A stretch of DNA of 62,260 nucleotides, filler included, from Choristocarpus tenellus KU-1152 (Eukaryota > Protista > Phaeophyceae): assembly GCA_964200185.2 (NCBI GenBank). It is 9 parts of 9 records of this genome, joined end to end, with 100 filler letters (N's around TTAATTAATTAA, not from the genome) between each part and the next. Parts side by side here need not be neighbours in the genome. Positions count along the whole stretch, not along the records: positions 47,754 to 51,964 come from CAXNAD020015678.1; positions 52,065 to 57,280 come from CAXNAD020011479.1; positions 57,381 to 62,260 come from CAXNAD020012688.1; 6 more parts are not named here. The stretch is one strand, 5' to 3'. The notes beneath the pieces are model-generated. The model was not told the origin of the DNA. It worked only from the letters and a program-made list of their open reading frames with translations, and searched no databases. This document shows, piece after piece, positions 47,654 to 59,295 of this stretch (position 1 is its first letter; every line of letters begins with the position of its first letter). Position numbers and translations under genes: made by a program.

Positions 47654-50600
47654 NNNNNNNNNNNNNNNNNNNNNNNNNNNNNNNNNNNNNNNNNNNNTTA
47701 ATTAATTAANNNNNNNNNNNNNNNNNNNNNNNNNNNNNNNNNNNNNNNNNNNNCTTGGTTTGGTTTTAGGTGGTTGTGTGGGGTTTGGGTGGGGGGTGGG
47801 GGGGGGGGGGGGGGGGGGGGGGGTATGGAATGGTGTTTGTGTGTTTTCCTGTACCCCCAGCCCTGAAGCCTTAAATGGATGTATATAGATCAATGCACAA
47901 CCCACAATCACAGGGGAACTATAGGTGACATACATATTAGGCGATCATGTACAAGGCCTTGCCCAGTAGTGGAGTGAGAGTGGAATTTGTTAGTAGAAGT
48001 GGTGTAAGGTATTGCACAATTTCCTATTTTTTTGTGATGGCACTGACTCCGTATTGGGGTTTCTAGATGTTGTAAATGGTTTCTCTCATTATCTGGTACT
48101 GTCAATTGTAGTTGATAGTAGTTAATAGTAGTTAATAGTGGTTAATAGTGGTGTAATTTATCGAGAGGTAGTGATTCCATGTTGGATATCTTGCATGATA
48201 AGAGGTTACAGATGTTATAAGAGATTGTTTTGTTGTTGTGGAGTGTGGATTCGAGAGAGCGGTTGGTGACACTTTGGATAGCGTAGCTGCAATAATGAAT
48301 AAATAAATATATGAGGTGGTAGAATGAGTACGTATCCTGTGATGGGTTTACTGTCAATGGATATCTTTTTACTCTGTTATGTAGTAAGTCGTGACTGTGT
48401 AAGGCGACTGTGTAAGGGAAGGTTACTCAGGATACCTTGATGTATTTTTGCTCATCCTTTAGTAAACCTTGAACCTACAGCAACTGTGGCTGTTGCTATG
48501 GTTGCTGCTATTCCAATACTCTTCACTATTGGCATGGTGTAACAGTAGGGATCTATTTGGGAGGTTGAGGGTGAGTGATCCCCCTCTGCTGCAGGGGTCA
48601 AATCACAATACGTTTTCCTCTGGAGCCAACAATGAGCATTGTTGTGTGCAAATTCGCTAGTATAGTGCAGAGATACTCTGCTGAGCCTTTATCCTTCTTT
48701 GCTCTTTGCAATGCCTCTGCTTTGTGGGGTGTCAGACACTGGTTCCAGCTATCAATAATAAAGATACTATGCATATTGTTAAAGCTACAACCATGAATTT
48801 CAACTGTGATCCTTCCCCACTCCCCCTACATGCCTCTCATTTTCACCTTGATGTCCCACCATTGACAACACATTCTTCCCTCATCCTCTTATCCTAACCC
48901 TAATTCCCCTTTTCTCCCCCTACTACTTGTACTATGGGCATACAAACACAGGTGTTGGCAGCACAAAAAATCTCAAGGGGGTTTGCTCTGGACTCCTGGA
49001 ACTAACTCGGGGAACAATAGTTGTATTTTGTGTTTCAATTTGTGACAGAAGGCCCTGCCTGGCCCCTGTGTGTGGAGGGTTCATTGCCTCAATGCTTGCT
49101 TTTGTAAGCCCCCCTTTGTTAATGCTCTTACTTTTTGAGATGGTTGGAATAGGTGGGTAGAGATAATTCCCATTTTTTATTTACATTTTAGGGGCTCTGT
49201 CTCCCATTTATCATGACACATTTTATGCAGGGTGTTGTTCTTCTCCAGTTCTCAGATTGGTGAGGTGGGGGTGTGACATATTGTAACGAGACAGGATGAG
49301 GTTCCTGCCCGTTTATTGCAATGATTGGATGGCCGTGTAGTAGATGGTTGCACAGCCATCACTATATTCCCCATCTCTTGTGTGTACCTTTGTGCAGAAG
49401 CGTGAGTGTTGTTTGTATTTGAGGTGGATGCATGTGAGGGAAGAAAACGCCCAGAGGGCATAGTTCATATTGGTGAAGTTGTGCATTTTATGGACCCAGT
49501 CGTAAGTCCCTCGGCTCTATTTTGAAGGAATGGGGTTGTCCTGCTGTGTCACTCTTGCCCTCAACCATCGACTTTCTACCAAGCCTCTTGAGAGTGTGGA
49601 AGGGCACTGCTATAAGAGGAGGGTATAGTATTGTCTTTGTTGGTAGCTTGGAAGGCACCTTGACAGAATACCATATTTTACTTTTACCCCTCTCTCTACA
49701 TGTTACATGTGTGTGTGCGCTTTTTTGGTGTTTCTTGTGGTATTATTCCATCATTAAGTGTCAAGAGATGTGTGTGGGTAGGTGAAACAACTTTTGTTTA
49801 TTTTTGTAAGCCTTGATGTTGACATATATCAACTTATTTGTAATAGAGGTGCAGCTATCAGTTGAAGCAAAGCCATATCGGCATGGTACTTCTTGTAGCT
49901 GTTAAATCCCCCTACCCCCCCTTCCCTTTCACTGGAATTTTTGGTTAACAAAGCCGTACATTTGATGTGTGCTCACATGTTTACTTGTTCTCATGTGCCC
50001 AGTTCTGACACCAGTAGTCACCCCGCCAGCCTCATTAAAGTCATTTAAGGGACCACTTTGTTGCAGGTTTGGGTGAAAGATCATGTGTACAAGCACAAAA
50101 TAAATATAAGATGAGCTCTGCTTCACACCAGAAGAACCCCCTGCGATTGTTTGGTGGAGTGACTGAATTATCTCTATGTGTGGTGTTGTCTGATCAACCT
50201 AGCCTTGTTTCATGCCAAGGTCTATCATAATATTATAATATACATGAAATATAGTCAATTTTGGGTCAAGCCCATCCTCAATTTTTGAAATCGGCTGTTA
50301 GAAGACAACATAGACATCATTTCGAGTATGTAACATTGGTAAAAGCAAAAGGTGGATGAAAGGCAGACTCTTGCAACAACAATGGCAATAATTGTAATAG
50401 CATTGTATCATATAGTACATGCCTCTGTTGCTCACCCACCCACATATGGATAGATTCGGTTTTGAAGGGACTTCCAGAAGGATAAAAGAATAAGTACACA
50501 ACGGAGAGATGCATTGTGCTGCAGACGTGAGTATGTGTATGTGATGTCATTTTGTTTACTATTGTACTTGTTGAATGTGATGCCACTACTCTATAACAAC

Positions 50601-52899
50601 CAAAAACTATTATGATAGAACTTCCTGCAAAATACCCCACCTGATCACAGATTGAGATGAGTGAGGGTAGGAATGAATATACACATCATACTGTTATTGC
50701 TACTAGCACAGTGCAGTATTAATAGCTATCAAATACAAGGTACAACCACTACTGTTGAGTGAGAGTTCACACCATGCATCCCCAACAAAGCCCTCTCCAC
50801 AAACAATGAACCAAATATCCCTTTGATACTAATGGGAGGGACATCAACCGATCAGCCACCCTTCCCCTTGTAGATGCCACATGCTATGTATAGACATATA
50901 TAGCTGAGGTAGGAAGTAAATCGGTAGGGGGAACTATCTGCAAAAAGGTGTTCATTGTACAAACAGGTTTGTGTGAAAAATCACTGACGGTATCAGCTAC
51001 TATATGAGAACTCGACTCGGTTAACAACTTCCCATGAGTAAATGCAAAAGGACTTTAAACCTTACTCCCACTCCTGACCTTCATATTGCCTAGTATTTAT
51101 TGACAATCCCTTCTCAAAAAAGTAAAAAACTCCCTTACAACTAACTGCCAGCACTTGCTGTCACCACCACCTTGCCATTCCTTACTGTGCCTGAGTTGTG
51201 GAGTATCGAAAAAATCAACAGACACAACCAGGTTGAGAGAGCAATGGTGCAGCAATGTCTGAGAGATGCAAGGCTCACACGGCCACCCTGTTGGGACAGT
51301 AAAAAAATGCCAGGTAGGCCACACTTGTATCAAGCGGACTCAAGTCCCTACGGGGTGAACGACTATCAAGTGAGCAAACAACCAGAAATAAACAACCAGA
51401 AATGCCACAAATGAAAAGCCAACTCACACTAAACATTCAAAAGCTGCTACCGTGACTATGGTTACATTTGGGGCAATAAATTTGACACATAGAAACTATC
51501 ACTAGAGGACTTACTTCCTTGAGCTATACCCTACCTAGAAAATACAACAGGGCAAATCTTACACACCACAACAGTGTTGCAGAGGGTCTTAACAAACAGT
51601 TACGCTTTTCTCAACCCCCTTCCCCTCTCACTACCACCCCTCCCCCCAGGTTTCAATGCAACTGCCACTGCAAGCACCATCCACACAAAAAAGGTGTGAC
51701 CAGGGCACACAAGTGAAGTGTGTCTGTCTGTGCCTTCACGGGCATTACTAGGACCTGCTCTAATAATATGTGCTTGAGCCAACAGCCTTCCCAATCTTTT
51801 GTGCGGCAATGACCTGGTACATGAGGACAAACAGTCCATACAGCAAATGCATAAGATGGGAATTGAGAGGAAGGGAAGAGGGGGGGGGGGGGGGGGGGGG
51901 GGGGAGCTTCGTTGCTGGGTTTCGGGAGTGGGGGCGGGTTGTCCTTGTTCCTGAGAGGTCTTTTNNNNNNNNNNNNNNNNNNNNNNNNNNNNNNNNNNNN
52001 NNNNNNNNTTAATTAATTAANNNNNNNNNNNNNNNNNNNNNNNNNNNNNNNNNNNNNNNNNNNNCAAAACTCGTACCCTCTAGATACTTTCAATCTTGCA
52101 GGAAAAGGTTATAATGCTCAGGAAAGAACATAACTACTCTTACATGATGCCACAAGAGTCCTCTACTTTAATGTGGAACCCTGTCGTCAAAATGCTAAGG
52201 AACAATTACTCAAAAATACTCACCCTCGTCAAAACATACCCGTTGGGATAATATACATCACTGCCCTTAAACTTTGGGTGCTCTTTCCTACAAGTCTGCT
52301 CCTCAGCCCATCAATACTTAAACCCTCCTTCCCCCCTTCTACACGTTATATATTTTCTCTAGTAACGTGGTACCTTCTCTCTCATCCTGTCATACTTCTT
52401 AGCCACGGAACGTTTGTCAGGAGCATGCATAGCATACCTTTCATTGGGGCAATAGATTAATCAATATACGTAAAAGTATTTAGTTGACGCTGCCACCTTA
52501 TCCCCGGCTCAGTACATGTTTTATCCTACCTAAATGTACAAGATCCACCTTATCAACTTTTCCCTCTCTTGTTCGTTTCACCAATTGATTTCCTTGTGTT
52601 CAACTAATACTCACAGCATCTTCAATGAGGTAGTTGTCAAGATGCCTATTACTACAATACGTTCTTGTTGTACTACCCTACGTTGTTAACTGTGAGGAGG
52701 GATGATAAAAATTTGTGTGTATCATGTCATTTCTCAAACGCACTATATGATAGGTTTCCTTCATCATGTTCACAGTCACTTGACCAAAATATCTGGTGCT
52801 ACATATATTTTCGATGTTATCTTTTTCTTTTACCTACTGTATTTTCACTCATGACTATGAAACAGTAAGTTACTTCCCAACTATTTCCTCAAACATCAC

Positions 52900-54740
52900 A
52901 CGAGAGGGCAAAGGACAGTGTAGAGGTTATGCATTTGACTCCAAGGAGGTACTGGTTGCTTACTACTGAATCATCGCCACTTGATGACGCAGGTCCATGC
53001 TTACTTGATAGAGGTACATGATACTCCAACACCCTTTAGCTGGTATCATCTAACCTATGTATTCCTTGACTCCTGCACTATTTTCTCCCTCTCAACCTCA
53101 ATTCCCTCACTCTTCATTGCTTGGGACTTATTGATAAGGGTTAGAAAAGATAAATCCGTTTATTTCTATATCATGCTTTTTAAGGGACTGTCACATACAA
53201 GAAGTAGATGGATTGTACTGTATATTTGAATGGTGTAAGCAAGTCGGTAGCTTTGGGCGTATCATGATCTGTGTCAAATAAGGAGTCATCTGGAGTAACC
53301 AGGTTGATTTCATGATCTAGCCTGGTGCTAAACTTTCTTTCTAAACCACTGCCTGTTATGTAAAACTAGTTCACTTAATCACATCCTATGTTATTCCCCG
53401 TTTATTTTGTAGTAGACCATCCACGACTTCCTCACAATAAAACACGTTTCTCTTACAACATGCCATACCATGGAGTGTTATGCATGGCATACAATTATGA
53501 GTTAGACAATCCTGGTACCTAATGCAACTATTGTTCCTATTTGAAGGAGGGATATGACAGCCTATCGTACGACTAGCGCCTGTGTATTAACTTCACCCCA
53601 GCATTCTTATCCTCGTCTGTATTGTAAATGCCCTATCTGTGAACCCTTGGAGCTAGGGTCGCAAATATTTGAAACCACGTTCAGGTAAGGCAGCCAGACA
53701 GCGAGCAGCATTAGTTTGAAGGTCCCATATTAATCTATCCCTCAGGATTCTCTGGCAATCGGTGCAGATGGGAAAGGATTCAACCCTAACTATCAGTTGC
53801 CATACAACAAATTTGTGTGTCTGTATAAAACACAAATATATGGTTTAAGTCGAGGATAGAGGATGAAAAAAATCTTCTTTATGTGCTATTCGAACATCTT
53901 GGAAAGTGCTGGTGTCTTGGGGTCTTGCTAAATAATCAAGGAGAGTCAATTGTGGTGGAAAAACCTAATCCCTTCTAAAATGCCATCACATCATTCGAGT
54001 CCCGATCTCTACGCAAGTCCTAGTGAAACCCAAATCCTTAGATTCCTTATGCAAGTGCATCAAATGTTCCCCTGTTCCCAGCTCTGTCCTAAATTGGCAT
54101 CACAGCCTCTCGCCGAATGCTGCTTATCCTCTCTTGTTCATGGACGAACCGAGGCTGTCTACCCCTCTTCCAAGGATATCAACCTCATCTGTTGTGGGGC
54201 ATTCGCTTGTTCAGGGCGCGGTTGATGTAAAGTGTTTACGGGTTAGCGTTCCTGCGAGAAATTGATGGACAGCTTGTATTGAGCCTTCATCTTACATGTG
54301 TCCCATATATTCAGTTCTATGCCCTTGGGTACTTGTGCACCTAGCACACCGTCTTTACTGCACGACTATGAACATTTGTGTACCTGTATCTGGTCATTTG
54401 ACTACCCTAGCAACTCTCGTTTCTTAATATCTAAGTCATATCCTCACAATGTCGATCACTGCAAGCTATACGATTTATTGTCTGGTACAGCATGGTCCCG
54501 AAAGGTATTCCTTGCGATCCATACGACCTGTTAACTATTTCTTGAGATTGCACAACCCCTGTACTGCAACACTATGCACCTTACGCGTACTTGAATAGCT
54601 GCTGATCGAAACGTCAGTTGCTTCCGTACTTACACACGATAGTGAGTGGGCAACTAGCGAACGAGGGTTTCGATGTGCAAGGAGGAACCTCAACCCTTCA
54701 AATGAACGGTGCTTCGTGCCTGTCACGTACCTAGGCACGC
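52900..54740 (-). mobile_element. Highly decayed Ty1/Copia internal region (pre-integrase, integrase, start of RT)
   Basis: Minus-strand motif remnants in Copia order: LRFLLAHRNP, YLSGP...LAVID, HFTSTAP, EAVM, QDPKT, AMKSE; heavily interrupted. Confidence 0.45.
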
Positions 54741-56393
54741 TGATAAGGGACAGTGGAATGTTGACGAGGATTTGTAAACTATATGTGTAATCCTCCCCAC
54801 ATGGACCTCATCATCACAGGCAACCCGTATCTCAGGTTGTGTTGCACCCAACACACCACTGCACATTGCCACACAAATATCACATTCCTATTCGATAACT
54901 CTTGACTAACGACAAAAACCAAAGAAATTAACGACCCATTTTTAAAATCCGTTGTTTCTATTTTCAATCTCAACATTGACTTCTACCAGAAACATAGAAA
55001 AGTCAAACTTCTACACAAATTTCAAATATTTAAAGGAGAAAAGTATGTTGCTCCACAATACATAGATTCATATATTATTATGTCCTGTCATAATTTGTAG
55101 ATGTGTTCGGGAAAAAGCCAATTCGATATCATAACCCTTCAAAAAGCAACTGTAGTAGTCGCATATGTGTGTGGAAGATATCTCTCCATAATCTACTATA
55201 TTCATCGTTCACAGCAGCCCCATGGATCGGTTTTTTTTTCATTTACTCACAATCAATTGCCAACAGCAATGTACATACTAAACAAAAGTCCATAGTGATA
55301 CCTACTTGCAAAGAAGAGGCGTCATGATTTCCTCCATAATAGGTGAACGAACTCCTTCTGGATAATACCAAAGTATTAAAGGGGGATTAATTTTTGGAGG
55401 GATATCTGGAAAGGGGGCTAGGAGGAGAAAGGTGGATCGAGACGTCTATACCCCCTTTTAGCACAAAGTCTGACCCTAGTTCCTGCTTTCATCAAAGAAT
55501 GCCTTGTAGTCTGGGTAGCTAGTTTTATTTGTCTCAGACTACACCATGTATGTGTGCGAAAGTTCCAAGTTTGCTCCCTATCACAGAACTGAATGACCCC
55601 AAAAATAGAAATGACAATCTGAGTTTAAATGAACGACTCTGAATTTAATAGATTCTGTGTTGATAGAGAGAGAGAGAGAGAGAAGCACAAATAAATCAGA
55701 GCATGTACGAGGGTAACAAAGAGAACCCAGGTGTGGTGTGCTAACATAAAAAAAAGTGTGCTCGGTGATTTGAGTCACATTAGGTAGGTCCATTCAATCC
55801 GAAAAACACTAATCATCATATGGCCCACAAAAGGAAGTGAGAAGGGATGTAAGGACAAATCAACTCAAATAGAGAAATACAGGGAGAAAGAAAGTAGCAT
55901 GCAGTAGACAGTTGTGGTTGTGGTGAGTATTCACTTGCCCTGATTATTCTTAGGGTTCCTTCTTCATCACCTGCTGCTATATTTAGCACACCGTACGCAA
56001 TCTACCACAGCTTCCTTGGATTACCACTTTGCCCTTCAAGGTCGTTGCACTGCCAAACACTCACTATCATCATCATTGTACTACCGCCTCTGTTCGTTGG
56101 TTACCCCTGTGCTCGATCCCTTAGCAACTGCAATGCCAAATTTCGCAGGGTCGTGTTGGAGGTACATCGACCAGATCTCGTTTCCTGCCCACTTTGGTTC
56201 GGTTTTCCATCCAGAAACTCCCCTGACTACAGATTAGAGTAGACAGTTTGATGCAATGGGAAGGGATATATTTTTCGAGCGAAAAGTACCGGCTTAGCCA
56301 TATTTCCACCCACTTACTACATGCGCGATGATACTAACCCCTAAATATATACTACAGTAGTATATATATATTAACCCCTCAAACGAAGTTGTG

Positions 56394-56888
56394 TGTTGGA
56401 TATGTATCTCTCGTTATACCATAATAATATGGTTCGACAGGGTAGGTATGGAAATATGTTATTTCGCCCTACAACGCATGACGGAGAGTTGCGCGTTTTC
56501 TTTAACTTAATTTCTCATGAGATTACACAATAATTTGCCAGATACAAAGATAGAAAAAGAGACCGTTACAACAACATAGTTAGTTGCAGATATAATATCC
56601 ATCTCTTCATCCATTGCGATACCTTTATTAAGAAGAGACCAAAATATTTATAAAGATAAAACGCCACATACACATGGTTACATATCCATATCCATACACA
56701 AATATAACAACTATTTATATACTATGTAGTACATGGGAGACTATTGTCGGTGACGCACCATCTTTTTAGGGGAGGTTGGAGGATGGAACGTCCTTTGACA
56801 TAACTGTTATTTTTTCTGTATTGTGGACCGGAACGAATGAGTTATCCCAGACGAGAAAATGTGTAACATCCTGGGCTCCCATTCAACA
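56394..56888. mobile_element. Candidate LTR (495 bp)
   Basis: TGTTGGA...TTCAACA termini; no TSD seen. Confidence 0.35.
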
Positions 56889-58618
56889 GTTTTATGCGAT
56901 TTTGGAAACCCCTGCTGAACCCTACTGGATGATGGTAAGCTTAGTTGTTCCCTGAAAGAACTTCTCTCACGTACGTTCCATGTAAACCAAGTAATTCTGT
57001 CCGTCTATCCGTCTGTGTGTCTGTTTGTACGTTCCCGCACGAGGTCTGATTATCCTCTAAGTTGTTCGAAGTCTGATTCCTACTACGAATTGTGTTATTC
57101 TGTGACTGTGGTTCACGCAGGCAATACAGGTGAAGGGAATCTCTGGGGAAGACGGACCAGACGGACCAAGACAAACCTTAACCGTCAGGAGGCCAAGGTT
57201 AAGGTTGGACTAGTGCAACTAACAGGGATTTCTCAAAATTGAGGATGGTGCAGGACTATGAGGATGGTTGTTTAGCGAAANNNNNNNNNNNNNNNNNNNN
57301 NNNNNNNNNNNNNNNNNNNNNNNNTTAATTAATTAANNNNNNNNNNNNNNNNNNNNNNNNNNNNNNNNNNNNNNNNNNNNAGTCCGCCGATTACTTCTGG
57401 TCAAATACCCTGCCTAAATATCCCGAACGTCCCGCATTATCATCTGTGCGTAAATAAAATAATACTTCAAATCATATTCTCACAAATCGTCAAGCACAAT
57501 CTTGACACCCCCGATTACCCCCTGTGCTTCTCGCCAAACCTTAGCTATGGCCTTGTCCAGGATGTATCCTTACTACCCTAGATAGGTAGGGCATGCCATT
57601 TATACAGTTCTCCCTATTCCCCGCGGTATCGTAAAGGACCGAAATCCCGTATACCCACATAGAACGCAGATTCCTCCAGAGGTTCCTTATGCAATCCTCA
57701 GCTTTCAATGGGTGCACTTCCTGTATATCCTGTAGGAGTTTGAAAAAAAGATTATTTGAAATATATATTTCGACATTATCAGACAATCAGATCGCATGAT
57801 TAGCCTGGCAGGCATAATATTATTATTTTCCCAGTACTGACCATATTGACGTTATTGTACAGAACCGTACTATTGATTCCCTGGCAGTCGCACTCCAAGT
57901 TCTGGATCCGTCAGTGGTTTCTCAATGCCATTTATTGGGCGCTTAGACCAGATGTATGTAGTGAGGTGGCCAGAAACCACTCATCATCCCTGGGACCTAG
58001 TCAAGACCCATATATGATTTGAATTTGATAGTCCCCACACTGTCTGTATGCCTATTAATTTTTTTTAAAAGGTAGGGGTATATAGACTTGCATGCTGAAA
58101 GCATGCTCAAAACTCCCACTCAATACTTAATATTTGCACACCCATCTGCACGGCACTCAGGATGAGTGTAGGGAAGTCTAGCATACACCAAGTAGGACAT
58201 TGGAAGTCAGACTCTTTCAAAGTGCACATTAGAAGAAACAGAAGAAGTGGAAAAGGTCCCAAAGACACTGCGTAGGTGGGGGTATTCTAACCTATGGCAA
58301 CCAGTACAGGACATTAATGGGACAAAAACAATATGAACTCCGAGCAGGGAGAAGCCCAGCCAAACCACAACAGAAAAGTTGGCCTTAGAGGAGGTTCAGT
58401 TCACCCTGTCTAGTTCTAATTTGGGTGGTAGGTGGTCAAATGTACTATAGTATCTGGTAGTGTTTAGTGTAGATGAAAACAATATTAGAAACTGTTGGCC
58501 GACATTCTATATGGAATTGGGTAGACCATCTTAAGATAGTGAATAGTATTTCATAAATTTGGTGAAGTAATGAACAAAAGTAGTAGTGTAGTAGTTTTGT
58601 GTTTGAGACGTTCGACCT

Positions 58619-58830
58619 GAGCCAAAGTATCTTAGAGGAGAGCCGCGTCCACTAGGGGGGCAAGATCCAATGTTGTGATTTTGATATAATTTTGGCTATT
58701 GCATTTGTTAGGAAGTGTCAATATCCTTGTTCCGGACACACCTTTTCATAACATACAAAAAACCATGAGAAGCTAAGTCCCAAATGGACAAATTGGGTAA
58801 AATTCGTACTCTCTAAAGATACTTTAACTC
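58619..58830 (+). mobile_element. MITE family C (212 bp)
   Basis: GAGCCAAAGTATCTTAGAG...CTCTAAAGATACTTTAACTC; reverse-complement homolog of 45179-45437. Confidence 0.8.
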
Positions 58831-58883
58831 AACTTCATAGATAGTTGAACACGAACTCTTCTGAAGGAAAATGGTCAATGTTC

Positions 58884-58888
58884 AAAAA
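58884..58888 (-). terminator. RNA polymerase III oligo-T terminator
   Basis: TTTTT begins 2 nt downstream of the tRNA 3' end on the minus strand. Confidence 0.7.
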
Positions 58889-58889
58889 G

Positions 58890-58963
58890 CGGAGATGGAG
58901 AGGCTCGAACTCTCGACCTTAGGCTTATGAGACCTACGCGCTAACCAACTGAGCCACATCTCC
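58890..58963 (-). tRNA. tRNA-Met(CAT): tRNA-Met (CAT), elongator type, intronless
   Basis: GGAGATG TG GCTC AGTTGGTTA GCGC G TAGGT CT-CAT-AA GCCTA AGGTC GAGAG TTCGAGC CTCTC CATCTCC G folds into a cloverleaf. G1:C72 and a TTCG T-loop argue against an initiator tRNA. Confidence 0.92.
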
Positions 58964-59046
58964 TAGATATCGGTAAGTAAAACTCAGGCATTCTATAACA
59001 ACCGTTTTTATTTCCAAGCCCACTCTTGCTTACGTCAAACTTCATT

Positions 59047-59295
59047 TGTCGAGATTGGTGGTTTTGATCATGCAGTCCATGTGGTAAGCACTATGGATTG
59101 TATATATTGCTATCTTGTCTATCAAGATACCACCAAAATGCGGGGGAACTGGAAACAAGGTGACTGACAATGGTTCGATGAAAAGCGAAATAGAGGTAAG
59201 ATTGTCCAACATTTGAGGAGGAACAGGGCGAAAACCTGTGGGGAAACTGAATCCAACACCCGTGAACCCAACACTCTTGAATCCAACGCTCGACA
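59047..59295 (+). mobile_element. Candidate LTR (249 bp) with a PBS-like sequence downstream
   Basis: Terminal inverted repeat TGTCGAG...CTCGACA; internal 15-bp repeats GAA(T/C)CCAAC(A/G)C; followed by aaGGCATCAGtgg, which resembles a tRNA-iMet PBS. Confidence 0.5.

Noticed and set aside
48481-49400. Exon-like segments on the plus strand
   Set aside because: No consistent stop-free spliced frame or recognisable protein could be assembled.
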